Assembly (NCBI RefSeq): GCF_001194135.2 | Contig: NC_068985.1 | Coordinates: forward strand, 123,080,506 to 123,144,505 | Direction of reading: 5' to 3' | Source: Octopus bimaculoides | Taxonomy: Eukaryota | Length of the DNA: 64,000 nucleotides | In this document: positions 12,081-24,264 of the stretch, in pieces | Position numbering within the stretch: the stretch's first letter is position 1 | Layout: each line of letters starts with the position of its first letter | The notes under the pieces: model-generated | What the model saw: the letters and a program-made list of their open reading frames with translations, nothing else | Told to the model about the DNA's origin: nothing | Database searches by the model: none | Position numbers and translations under genes: made by a program

Positions 12081-12617
12081 AAAACAAGAATGATATTATA
12101 AGAACTTAATGACCACAGTTATGATAACGGCCTCGCTGTTTGAATAAGTTTTGACATGTGAGACGCAAGTGAATTCTTTTCTCTCTCCCTCTCTCTTTAT
12201 GTGTATAAAAATGCACAGATATTTTATTTAAGATAGTTTAGTGTCTTATTACACTGGAGTTTCCCCGAAGATTTGTCAGCTCTTTAGACGGGAATAAACT
12301 CTATAAGGGATATAAAATTTCCATTGATGACAAGACTGGAACACATGAGAGGTTAAATTTTCATATCGACTTTTGACTGGCATCAGTAAAGAAACAGTCA
12401 GTCAAAAGTCGACTTTTATATTTCGCCAATTGTAGTTTTAGTCTCCCCTTCATGACATAGTTACATACAGTGTGTCTTTATTCTTTATTCAATCAATTCC
12501 TTTGTAATGAACAAGCGATATGTCGGCAAAACACCCACTGGTTCAGATTACATAAATCAGTCCACTCTATTGAGCATTGAGTACTCCTTTCCCGTTTGTT
12601 ATAGATGCATAGAAAAT

Positions 12618-12619
<2 letters not shown>

Positions 12620-12687
<68 letters not shown>
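12620..12687. repeat. (GA)n microsatellite
   Basis: Seen directly. Confidence 0.95.
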
Positions 12688-12689
<2 letters not shown>

Positions 12690-13604
12690 GGAATTAAGAG
12701 CGGATTAGCGATTAACTAGACGAAAAGAAATACTAGTGTCTCTTTATAATCCTGTTGCAAGATACTTATAACACATGATATAAAATTGTTAATCAAATTA
12801 ACAGCTGGTTGTGTCACATGATTTCGAATTATCCTGACAGTAATAAAATATCACTGTTTGTTCGGTAGTTGATATATTCTCTATCTTTCTTTAATTTTTC
12901 TTACTGCCATTGGTATTATATCCTGAAGGTTGGCCACTACTGCAACGTAATAGGTGCGCTACAAGAAGTTTAATTTATCCGACCGCAGCAATCCTAGTTT
13001 AAAGAATATTTCCATTTATAAAGAAAAAAAAAGGTGTTTTTGCCGTGTGTAGCATTAAGTTAACATTAATTGAGAATTTAATTTTCCAGTCTTGAACATC
13101 CAGTATCTTTCTCAAGTATTTCCTACCCAGGACTCTATTACCCAGTCTCTCTCCCTTTTCAAGGCAATATAGTTTCAGTTGAGGGAAATTTGACTGCTAT
13201 TTGTAGAGGTTCGAGTGACCCGTAGAGTCTCCCTCATTGTCTTGTGAGTCCTTGTTGTTGTAAAATCCTAGGCCAGTCTTGATGAATTTCATCTATAAAC
13301 AATGGAATTCCAGTCGTGGCCATCCCTTCATGTGGTCAGATATAGTGTGTCTAAAACCATAGGTAACTGAATGGTATTTGATGGAAACTTTCACTGTCGA
13401 ATCGAGAGATCTTGTCGAGGAGACCTCGTTAGCCGCGAAGGTGAACAAGATAGTAGAATGTCTAACTAAATACTCCACAGTATTCACTTTCATTCAACCA
13501 CTTTTTAAGTTCAAATCCCGCCAAGTTCTACTTAACTTTCATCGTTATAGAGTCAACAAATTAAAGAAGTGTCAATTCTCTACTGACACTCATTCAGTCA
13601 ACTA

Positions 13605-13681
13605 CAGGGTGCGGCAGAAAGGTTGCCGCGATTTCAATGGTTAATAATTTGAAATCGGGGCAACCTTTCTGCCGCACCCTA
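13605..13681. mobile_element. 77-bp palindromic Tc1/mariner-type mini-MITE (MADE1-like architecture)
   Basis: 33-bp TIR CAGGGTGCGGCAGAAAGGTTGCCGCGATTTCAA with its reverse complement (2 mismatches), an 11-bp spacer, and TA on both flanks. Confidence 0.85.
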
Positions 13682-14101
13682 TATTATCCGCATAGAAATG
13701 TGTGGCTAGATCATAAATTCGAAAGAAATCCTTTATATCTCGATCTATAAGTTGACTAAGATGATTGTGCGCTCAACTAAACGGTTCAAAAATTTAATCT
13801 CTTCTGTTGTGGCTGCCTTGAAATTCAAATTGGTTTCAAGTTCTCTTCAGTTCACCTGGAGTCAATTCACCAAAAATATATATTTTGTGTAAAGCCTAAA
13901 ATAAATTAGTTGTTGTTAGTATAGTTACTTAATGCTAGGTCAACTTTCATTAAGCATGAACTATGATCAAAAGTACTCCCGATGGGGAATTCTTTTTCCT
14001 ACACTCTATATTTTAGAAAGGCAACATCATCCAAAGTTTTATTATTTCCTAAGATGTTAGCTGCGTGTTTTGAATGAGATTTCTCCACTAGTTGGAGATG
14101 G

Positions 14102-14151
14102 CCTCGCGGCCTTGCTTCGTTACCCTCGCGGCCTTGCTTCGTTACCCTCGC
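14102..14151. repeat. 22-bp tandem duplication CCTCGCGGCCTTGCTTCGTTAC (about 2.3 copies)
   Basis: Seen directly. Confidence 0.9.
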
Positions 14152-16184
14152 TGACTTGAGAAATGTCTTGTGTTATCATGTAGAAAGCGATGTGGATTTT
14201 AGTTTGTCTTACTTCACTTAAATGGCTGTTGACATTAGAAAGAGCATGGACGCTAGTATACACTATTTTTTCTTTCTATAAAATATGCGATATTTGAGCG
14301 GTGATCTCAAGGTTTCAACAGCTTGCCGACTATGTGTACAAAGAATGTGGACACTAACATGAATGAAAAGCCTTTCAATTTGCTTTATCTGACAAGAAAG
14401 AAAACTTGTAGTGCGAAGAAGTCAGCAAGGGATAGTATCTATCCAATATACTGCTGGTAGAATACCCAATTATTAATACACAAGTGTTTTTTCATTGCAT
14501 GGCAATTAAACTACTGAATGTAATAAATGGGTGAGGGTAAAAAATTTTTTACCCTTAATTTATACAGCAATAAGAAAATGGAGGGGATCAAGAGGTGGTA
14601 TTCATCAACATTTATACATTATATTATGTTTATTTATTTATAAAAAAAAACAATTATAAAAATATACATACATCCACAATATATTATGCTTTACATATAT
14701 AAAAATACCAGTAATTATTAAAATATATAACGTAGAGCATAGAAAATAGGATATATGTATATATTTATATATATANNNNNNNNNNNNNNNNNNNNNNNNN
14801 NNNNNNNNNNNNNNNNNNNNNNNNNNNNNNNNNNNNNNNNNNNNNNNNNNNNNNNNNNNNNNNNNNNNNNNNTATATATGCATATGTACTTATATACGTA
14901 TTCATTGTGTATGAGTACATACATACGTATGTATTTATGCGTACATATATATATATATATATGAATACCCAGACACACGTCTATATACAAATGCATAGAT
15001 ACGTATGTACATGCATTCATAAATATATATGTGCGTGTGTGGATGCGTGTGAGTTGGTGGGTGGGTGCGTGTGTGTGGGGGGGGGGGCGTGCGTGCGCGT
15101 GTTTGTTTAGCCTGTATGAGAACTCTGATAATATAGTTGGAATTTTACCTTCGTTACTCCCACACTTTTAATCTGATATGTTATGTACTTCGTCATCACA
15201 AGCGTATCAAACACATCTTCCAGTAGTTTTTTATATTATGTTATTAGCAAAGGCTAGCACGCTGGAGGACATCATGATTATATAACCGCATATAAGGTAA
15301 AAAAAATTCAGTATGACCATATCTAAAAAAAAAAATATTCAGAAACTGTATCGGGTTAAACAAACTATAAGTGATGATGGTAATGATGATGTTCCTGATG
15401 ATGTTGTTGCTACTGCTGCTGATGCTGATGATGATGATATTATTGTTGCTCCTGCTGCTATTGATGATGATGATGATGATGATGATGGTGGTGATATTGA
15501 GATATATAATAAAATAAATAAACAAAACGTGAACAAGATATTCGCTGTAGCTTTTAACTATTCTCCACCCACGGACGCCCAACTGATGCACTTTTATAGT
15601 GTCAATGACCAGATAGATATTTGATGAAGAATGTTTACTGATAATAGTACATAATATTATCACAACACAGTTTAAATATATATGTACATATGCATATGTA
15701 TACACAAGCATACATACACATTTTTACATAAACGAAGATAGATACTCACATATGCAAATACATGCGTATACACATACATATATATATAAATATATATGCA
15801 TATGTGTGTGCGAGACTATGTGCGGAAAGATAGATAGTTATATAGCTAGCTAACTAGATAGATAATAACGAACGAGTGGGGAGAGAAGAAGGTGTCTGGT
15901 TCTCTGCCTGTTTACACTGCGAAGAAGCAGTAGGTCGATAAAATAAATAAGCTGCTCCTGAATTAAGGTTGTAGCGATAAACCATTCTACAGACACAACA
16001 AATGCATGTACTCTTCCTGCAATTCTCGAAGGGAATCTGCGAGATCGAGTATGTGAATCTCTCGGGCCGGATTCTATATATCTTCGGTCCACCTAAATTC
16101 CACACATGTGTTACGGATCGGCCGGCGGTTATCACAAATTCCTTATGTACATACGAAAATGTATATAGGTAGGTATACGTATAA

Positions 16185-16217
<33 letters not shown>

Positions 16218-16934
16218 TNNNNNNNNNNNNNNNNNNNNNNNNNNNNNNNNNNNNNNNNNNNNNNNNNNNNNNNNNNNNNNNNNNNNNNNNNNNNNNNNNN
16301 NNNNNNNNNNNNNNNNNNNNNNNNNNNNNNNNNNNNNNNNNNNNNNNNNNNNNNNNNNNNNNNNNNNNNNNNNNNNNNNNNNNNNNNNNNNNNNNNNNNN
16401 NNNNNNNNNNNNNNNNNNNNNNNNNNNNNNNNNNNNNNNNNNNNNNNNNNNNNNNNNNNNNNNNNNNNNNNNNNNNNNNNNNNNNNNNNNNNNNNNNNNN
16501 NNNNNNNNNNNNNNNNNNNNNNNNNNNNNNNNNNNNNNNNNNNNNNNNNNNNNNNNNNNNNNNNNNNNNNNNNNNNNNNNNNNNNNNNNNNNNNNNNNNN
16601 NNNNNNNNNNNNNNNNNNNNNNNNNNNNNNNNNNNNNNNNNNNNNNNNNNNNNNNNNNNNNNNNNNNNNNNNNNNNNNNNNNNNNNNNNNNNNNNNNNNN
16701 NNNNNNNNNNNNNNNNNNNNNNNNNNNNNNNNNNNNNNNNNNNNNNNNNNNNNNNNNNNNNNNNNNNNNNNNNNNNNNNNNNNNNNNNNNNNNNNNNNNN
16801 NNNNNNNNNNNNNNNNNNNNNTATATATATATATATATATATTAATGTAGGTTTCCCGAAGAAGTTCTATCCCCGAACTATCGCAATATAGTGGGGACAC
16901 TAGGAATGTGACCTTAGAACCAAAGGGACGGCAG

Positions 16935-16960
16935 AGCCCGAAAAAGTTTGGGAACCACTG
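16935..16960. mobile_element. hAT/Charlie-type terminal inverted repeat (solo end)
   Basis: Reverse complement CAGTGGTTCCCAAACTTTTTCGGG matches hAT-Charlie termini; partner end not seen (possibly in the N gap). Confidence 0.55.
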
Positions 16961-17385
16961 CTGTAAGATATATTACTACAGTACAGTTGTGGTTTATATT
17001 TTTTAATAAACATATTTTCATTATTTATCTATATTTGAACTGTAGTTCCGTTACAACAAAACAAAATGGGAGGACTAGGAATTTTGAGGATCTGTTTGTT
17101 ATATATATATCTAAGTGTACGCTTAGAAGAATATATTTAATATTAGAATCTCGCATTTGTTGCCGGTAATATTCGTAACAACCTTTATAGCCGATAGCAT
17201 AAATTAAATTTGTTGACGAACAGATGATACGATTTGCTTTTTACAGTGAAGATATACCTTGATTTAAATATATAGGAAGTGCTCTCTGTAAAGCTGATGC
17301 AAGTTCCGCAGTTGGAGGGAGCACACATTTTGACTGTTGCACCACGTGCTTGTGGCAGGTAATTTTCTACGGGTAATATCATTAA

Positions 17386-17421
<36 letters not shown>

Positions 17422-17994
17422 GTGTGTGTGTATAGTGTTTGTGTGTGTGTGTACCTGTATGTTTGCATGTATGTATGTATGTGTACATATGTATTTATGT
17501 ACTCATAAATGCACACACACATATACATCTTTATTTATAATCTTAAATTTAGGTATACACCTTGTAGTATGCCGTTTAAAGCTGGTTCACTGTCTTTGGC
17601 TACCTGATGCCATCAACAGTATGGATTTTAAATACCATTGAATTTACTTCAGGAATATGAACAAAATCTACAGCTTCAAAAACATAAACAAACACTGAAT
17701 GTCATTAAATCAAAATACAGCCTTTAAATAGTTTCAGCCACATCTGTAACTGTACGGTTTACAGTTAAATGTGGTTTTATGTGATTTTATGTGTTTTGTA
17801 CATTCAAACTTTATGCCCTCTACTTTAATTGTCACGTATATGTAGTGCAAGTTAATTAATTTTAATCGTTTTCTCATCTATCCATATACACAATCACACA
17901 CATAAAAACATGGTTTACATGTGTGTGTGTGTGCATACAAAGAAATATACTTAGCTATTTACGTTTGTGTGTACATGCATGCCTGTCTGTCTAC

Positions 17995-18049
<55 letters not shown>

Positions 18050-19024
18050 CCTATCTATCTATCTATACATATGTTAATATATAATGTGTGACTGTACTTA
18101 AAACCATTGGGAGTGTATGTGTATATGTATGTATGATTATATGTATGCATACTTATTTGGAGATATATGGTTTTTAATTGCATGAACACATGTGTCCGTG
18201 TTTGATTATAAATATATGTGTGTGTATGTTTGTATTTGCATGTGCAAGGAGAGGTGTGTAAGATTAAAATATATTGAAATTGCAGTAAAGATGCGTGACA
18301 ATTAAGTGGTTAAAATATAAAATTATGAAAATATGTAGTTCATTTAAAAACTAAAAGTAATATTGAATTACAGATGTAACTAAAACTATCCGAAGGCTAT
18401 ATGTTAATGGATTTCAATGTTTGATTTTTCTTTTCTTTTGTTGTACATTTAAATATTTCTTTCTGTGAATATTTAAACTAATATACTTATCGCCATAGAA
18501 TATCCGCGGAAGGCAATACGATGAAACCATCAAACCTCTTTTTGCAACTTCTGCAATATCCTGTCTTCGAACTGTTGCATCGAGTTCTAAAATATTTCAC
18601 TCTGAAAATGCAGTTCACATGGCCGCTATTAAATATCATGTATCAATAAAAGAATTACTAAGTGGTCGCGGATATAGCTAGAAATAACAACCGATCCTAC
18701 CTCAAATTGCTCCCAATGGTTTTAAATACACAGACACATTAGTTGTTGTAGCCTGCATTTGTTTGAATAGACATCGCTGGATAGGATACTAGCGGCTGAA
18801 TTACCTTTTCATCATGGGTATTGCTAGATCAAATATGGCCGGTGGCTAAGCAACACCAAGGATGGCAACAACAATAGCAGAGTCTGCAGCAACCACGTAG
18901 CTCTTCCCTGCCCCTTCTTCTTTACCTCCTCCTCCTCCTCCTCCTCCTCTGACAGGTGAAAACAGAAGAGGAAATAATATTATTGATTCGACTGCATCCA
19001 GCCTTTCACCTATGTAATATTGGT

Positions 19025-19232
19025 TTCATATTTTGGCACAAGTCCAGCAATTTGGGAGGACGACACCAATAATCAGCTGGTACTTATTTCACCGAAACTG
19101 AGAGGATGAAAGGCAAAATCAATGCCAGCAGAAGCGCACAAAGAGATATTGAGAATATTTATGTCATTCACGCAAAGACGCGAAATGCTGCTACACATTT
19201 TGCCCGGCGTGCCATTGTCAGCTCGCCGCCAG
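19025..19232 (-). mobile_element. Family B SINE
   Basis: GTTTCATATTTTGGCACAAGTCCAGCAATTT...GGATGAAAGGCAAA...CAGCTCGCCGCC. Confidence 0.75.
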
Positions 19233-19459
19233 CTCACTTTTCTTTTATGTAATATCGTTGGTTAAGCTCTTTGTCACTGTTGCTATCCTGTAAATAACAG
19301 AAAACTTATCTTCAGTAATTAAAATTTTATTCCACAAAGAGAAAGTAGAACCAAGAAATTGTGAGGTTTTCAGTTAATTAACAACTCTGTGACGTCAAAC
19401 CGTTAGAAAGAGAAGAAAACAGCACCTGATACGATTATTCATCGTGGTTCATTAAATCA

Positions 19460-19484
19460 TTAACTCTTTCTTTCTTTCTTTCTG

Positions 19485-19559
<75 letters not shown>

Positions 19560-19596
19560 CTCTTTCTTTCTCTCATTCTTTCTGTCTTTCTTTCCT

Positions 19597-19631
<35 letters not shown>

Positions 19632-19647
19632 CTCTCTCTCTCTCTCT

Positions 19648-19692
<45 letters not shown>
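19460..19692. repeat. (TTTC)n/(TC)n microsatellite
   Basis: Seen directly; source of the KERK ORFs. Confidence 0.95.
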
Positions 19693-19697
<5 letters not shown>

Positions 19698-19859
19698 TAT
19701 ATACATATGGGGGTGTATGTGAATATTTTCTTAACTCTCTTTCTCATTCTCTATTCTTAACTCTGTTCTTATCTCTTTTCCTCCTTATCTCACTCCTCTC
19801 TCTTTCTCCCTATCAATTAATCAAGACGGATGTCTCATTCAAAGGGCTCACGGGAAGAC

Positions 19860-21790
19860 CAGGCGTGTCAAACTCCTTTTAGTTCACGGGCTACATATCA
19901 ACCCAGTTTGATCTCAAGCGAGCCGGACCAGTAAAATCATGGCATAAGAACCTATAAATAAGCAATTTCAAAATTTTCCCTTTGTTTTAATGTAAAAAAG
20001 TACATTCTGAAAATGTTCATGTTTAAAGAACAATGTTTTATTTTTGATTATTATTTTTTTCTTGCAAAACATTGAATAAGTGAATGTGAGAACTGCTAAA
20101 GAAAACTGAGTTATCACACTGCCTTGTAAATGTATACAATTTATAAATTATAAAAAAAATCATTTTGAAAAACATTTAAAAACACTTATTATTTTTTATC
20201 ATTTATTTTCAATATGTTCTTGAAACTTGGTATCTTTTCTCGTTCACAAGTCTGTAGGGCACTGTCCAAGTATTTATGACTGACGAACTGTAGACAAGAA
20301 CTTCTCTGCGGGCTAGCTAGAGAGCTGGCCTGCAGCGAAGTGGAGTTCCAGTTAAGCGGACGTCTACGAGGCAGAAGTGACTGGCGAGCCTTTATCGCAA
20401 ACTGGGTTGTCCATTTCGGTGTCCCAGACAGCATCTCATCCGTTCGGGGTCCACAATTCACCTCAAAGCTGTGGAATGACGTGTGACCGTTTTGGAATCA
20501 CAATGGAGTGCACAACAGCCTACCATCCACAGGCCAACGGGCTAGTGGAGAGATTTCACCGTCGCTTGAAGGAATCTCTGATAATCAGACTTAACAGGTC
20601 CAATTGAATTTATCAACTTCCATGGGTGATGCTGGGAATCCACACCCCCAAAGGAAAATCCCAACACTTCTTCCGCGGAAATGGTGTATGGCGCCCCTCT
20701 TACGGTATCAGGAGAATTCCTTCCGGACGCGAAGTCAGACCCGAATGTCAAAAGGTACCTCGCGCAACTGAAAGACAGTGTGGGCTAGTTGCGCCCTATT
20801 CCCATGCTAACAAATAATACACTTAGATCGTCAGTAACAAATGACCTCCGCATGGCTAACTTCGTGTTCGTTCGACGTGATACACGACAAAGACCTCTCC
20901 AGTCACCCTACAATGGCCTATACGAAGTCATATGTCCGGGAGACAAATCACTCCAACTCCTAATTGGCGAACGACAAGACATAGTTTCCATGATAGGTTG
21001 AAAACAGCCCATCTCGATATTGACAGCCCCGTCCATGTAGCTCAACCACCAAATAGGGGCCGCCCCAGGAAAATCACACCAACACTTGGCAAGGAACAGT
21101 CACCAATGAGCCGAGTAACCACACGTACGAGCAGGAGAGTTAAAACGCCTTCCCGGTCCCGATGACATCCAACAGTTCGTGAGGCGGGCTATATGTAGGG
21201 CACTGCCCAAGGATTTATGGCAGACGAACTGTAGACAGGAATTTCGCTGCGAGACAGCTAAGAAGCTGGTCTGCAGAGAAGTGGACTTCCGGTTAAGCAG
21301 GTGTCTACGAGACAGAAGTGACTGGCGGCTGTCGCCCTCATGATTAAATCTTTCATTAACACATTCTAGGTTTCCGTTAATTTATTTGTGTATAGCTTAA
21401 CTAAAGCTATAAGTGCATCAAGATCAGGCGTCAAATCCTGACTATCAGCCAATTTCAGAATGTCGTTCAGACGTTTATATGTGAGCCTTGAGCGCAACTT
21501 TGTTTTATTGATGTTCATTACAGAGAAACCTTGTTCACAAAGGTAGGTAATCCCGAACATGCACAAAACTTTCGCAGCAACGGCTGTCAATTTGGGGTAC
21601 TTTGGCAAGAGATACTGATAAAATGTGTCCAAGCCCACCGAGGTAAATTTTTTCTTCAAATCTGAATCACACTGCAAGTCGATCATTTTAAGTTGGATGT
21701 TGACGGGAAGATCAGAGGCGTCGACTGTAAATGGTGAGCGAAAAAAATTGTGAAATCTATCTCAAGTTCACAAAAAGTTACATCTGTTGT
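19860..21790 (-). mobile_element. hAT transposon 3' portion (GTF2IRD2/SPIN-like C-terminal dimerisation domain), split by a Gypsy insertion at 20253-21411
   Basis: Terminus CAGGCGTGTCAAACTC at 19860. Minus-strand ORF ...MIDLQCDSDLK..YPKLTAVAAKVLCMFGITYLCEQGFSVMNINKTKLRSRLT..DLTPDLDAL continues across the insertion as VNEKRYQVSRTY*. Confidence 0.85.
20253..21411 (+). mobile_element. Internally deleted Gypsy LTR retrotransposon: truncated 5' LTR, integrase C-terminus, PPT, 3' LTR
   Basis: Integrase ..FIANWVVHFGVPDS..GPQFTSKLW / TTAYHPQANGLVERFHRRLK / VFVRRD..PLQSPYNG / DRLKTAH. LTRs start TGTAGGGCACTG at 20253 and 21194. PPT-like GAGGCGGG precedes the 3' LTR. 4-bp TSD AGTC/AGTG. Confidence 0.9.
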
Positions 21791-22329
21791 TATTTCTATT
21801 GGATGGATTGCCTCTTTTGACTATGGTCCAGTTCATAATGCCAGGATTTGCTTCACTGTCTGAGAATCTGTTGTGTTTGTCATGTGAAGTAACTTTTGCT
21901 TTTTAGCATTTGTATGAATATCTATAATATGCGCTTGGAAATTAAAGATATTTCCTTTTAATACTATACATGTCGATTAGATTCCACTCGTTGATTCTTA
22001 CATCAGACCTGCAACAGTCACAGCCACACCTACAGCATCACCCACCCTCTCAGCCCCACAGTTATTACATCTGCAACAACCAACGAACACTAAACACTTC
22101 CAACAGCAGCAACCAACTACACAAACACGAAACATAGTGTAGTGAGGAGGGCCAACAAAGAATTGATGGCCAAGTTGCACGAAGGAAGGACATTGAGAGA
22201 GAGGGTGTGATCAATAAAAGTATTTGATTAAGTATAAGAACACTAAGCTTAGGGACAGTTATAACAACAATACTCTATATAATAGTAATAGAAAACCTAT
22301 ATCTATGTCGGGTCGAATAACTTATCACT

Positions 22330-24232
22330 TAAGCAATGGAACACGTAAGTCCCATAAGACGAATATTTTATATTTTAAATCCTCCGCTTCGGACTTCTGA
22401 TGGCCACGGTTAATGCTGCAATCTTTTACGGGACATTGGAACATAACCTCCCTTGAAATAAATATTGTAAATAATTCAGTAAGTACGCTGATAAATTCAC
22501 ATATTCAGCCACATCTGACATACCTCATAATATAGTTGCGAAATTATATGCAATAGTTGGAATTGCCTGCATGAGTCTAATTATCCTAGTTGTCCGTCTG
22601 GCTCTAGGTCCTCCCTTATTAATACATCTCGATCTAACACGAATATATATGTTGATTCCGTATCTCTTCATAATAATCGCTGTAGTAACAATAATTCTAC
22701 GCTACCTAGTAAACCTGATGGTATGTTTAACTGTAACATTGATATATTGTCCTTTGAGTGACTAATGCCTCCGGACAATTATAGTAGGAAAATATTTCAC
22801 TCAGACACCCGCTAAAGTGTATTGCTATATTGGGGCTATAGCATCAGAATTCAAATCGAGATGGAGTAATCATGCACGTTTTTTCAATAATAGATGTAAA
22901 TTAAGTAATTCCTCAATGTCGAAGTTATTTCGGACCTTAAAGATAGAAATATTGATTACTCTATGTTGTGGCTAATTATACCAAAAACACTTCCATATAA
23001 AGGAAGCAAGCACTTATAATTTATGTGGCATGTGGGAGTGTTTGATATCCTAACGTGTAAGTCTAGTCTAATAAATAAACATTATTTACACCAAGTGTTT
23101 ACGTCAATTTAATAGAATCTTTTTTGAATATTCCATTTAGCTAATTTATATATTATAGGAAATTATGAAATTCGATAAATATTTCTCTCGGTTGCATTTC
23201 AATTCTCACTGTTATGATCATTTTTTTCTACGTTCCCTTGCATCCTTTATTTAGGTGTCAGCCACTTTCTTGAATATTAAATAATCTGTTTATCTTAATG
23301 TTTCCTATTTCAGTAAAAACTTTGTAATATAAGTATTTATTGGTTCAGTATATCTTAATAATCTTATTAGTTTCTTATTCTATTTTTCATTTTACTATAA
23401 TATACTATTATTATTATACACTTTGCCAGTGATTTCACTTGGTATTTCATGAATGTTAATCAGCCCCTTTTAATTATACATCTTATTTCTATCCTTCATA
23501 ATTCTCTTACATTATTCTACGTTCTTTTCTCTCCCACATTCTCTTCGTTCTTCTTACCCTTGTTATCCTTATCTTTTTGTGTTTCTCTTGACACACACGC
23601 TCTTATTGAGACCTCTCTGTGAATGTCGATGTATTTATTGATACCCCAAATTTGAATACATACTCCCTTGCTTGGACAAATCACCATGTTGTCCATATAT
23701 TGCCTATACTTTATCTCTCTTAAGCTCTTGACATTAGTGTCGCAATTGATTTTATCTAGTGCTATACATGTCGTGTTTACTAACGGCGTAATCTAGTTAT
23801 TCACTCCCCACCTCTCTCACGGCATGTCAGTTTATTTCTTTGCTATGGCATTGTAAATAACTTCCTCTGATGGTGCATGAAACTGTGACTACCCATGTAA
23901 TATCATATTTCATCGCTTGACAGTTTGATGAAATAACAGGTTAGGTTTCATTTAACATTAGCATTGATTAAATTGGGTTTAGCTTGTTGAATGATTTAGC
24001 TACGCCACTTGCTACTGAAACGATCATAACGGAATATCAATGTGTTACCAATATCTTCACCATTTTCCTCTTTCTCCGTTCTTCCATTCTCCGAACTTTC
24101 CATCTTTCCGACGAAGGGCTACGCCCGAAACGTCATACACACTCTCTCTTTCCTTTCCTGAGCGTCCAATAATACTATCCATATCACGTCCTCACTTTGT
24201 TGTTTTTTTGTTTTTTTGTTATTGTTTTTTTG

Positions 24233-24236
<4 letters not shown>
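22330..24236 (+). mobile_element. Decayed Penelope-like element: post-RT linker, GIY-YIG endonuclease, 3' region with hammerhead
   Basis: Frameshifted translation HKTNILYF/NPP...FNCN../CPLSD*CL..IIV..CYIGAIASEFKSRWSNH..F..N..MSK.../YNLC matches the PLE GIY-YIG 'CNC..CPL..CL..Y..YIG.T..FK.R..NH' motif. The element ends in (TA)n at ~24236. Whether the 3' part is the same insertion is not proven. Confidence 0.7.
24104..24138 (+). ncRNA. Minimal type I hammerhead-like motif (CCGACGA core, weak stem I)
   Basis: CUUU CCGACGA A GGGC-UAC-GCCC GAAA C GUC AUAC: stem II 4 bp, palindromic ACGU stem III, GUC site. Stem I has only 2 of 4 pairs. Confidence 0.6.

Positions 24237-24264
<28 letters not shown>

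Noticed and set aside
21995-22180. Q/T/P-rich short frame that could be a host exon
   Set aside because: Low-complexity CA-rich sequence between transposon fragments, with no splice support.
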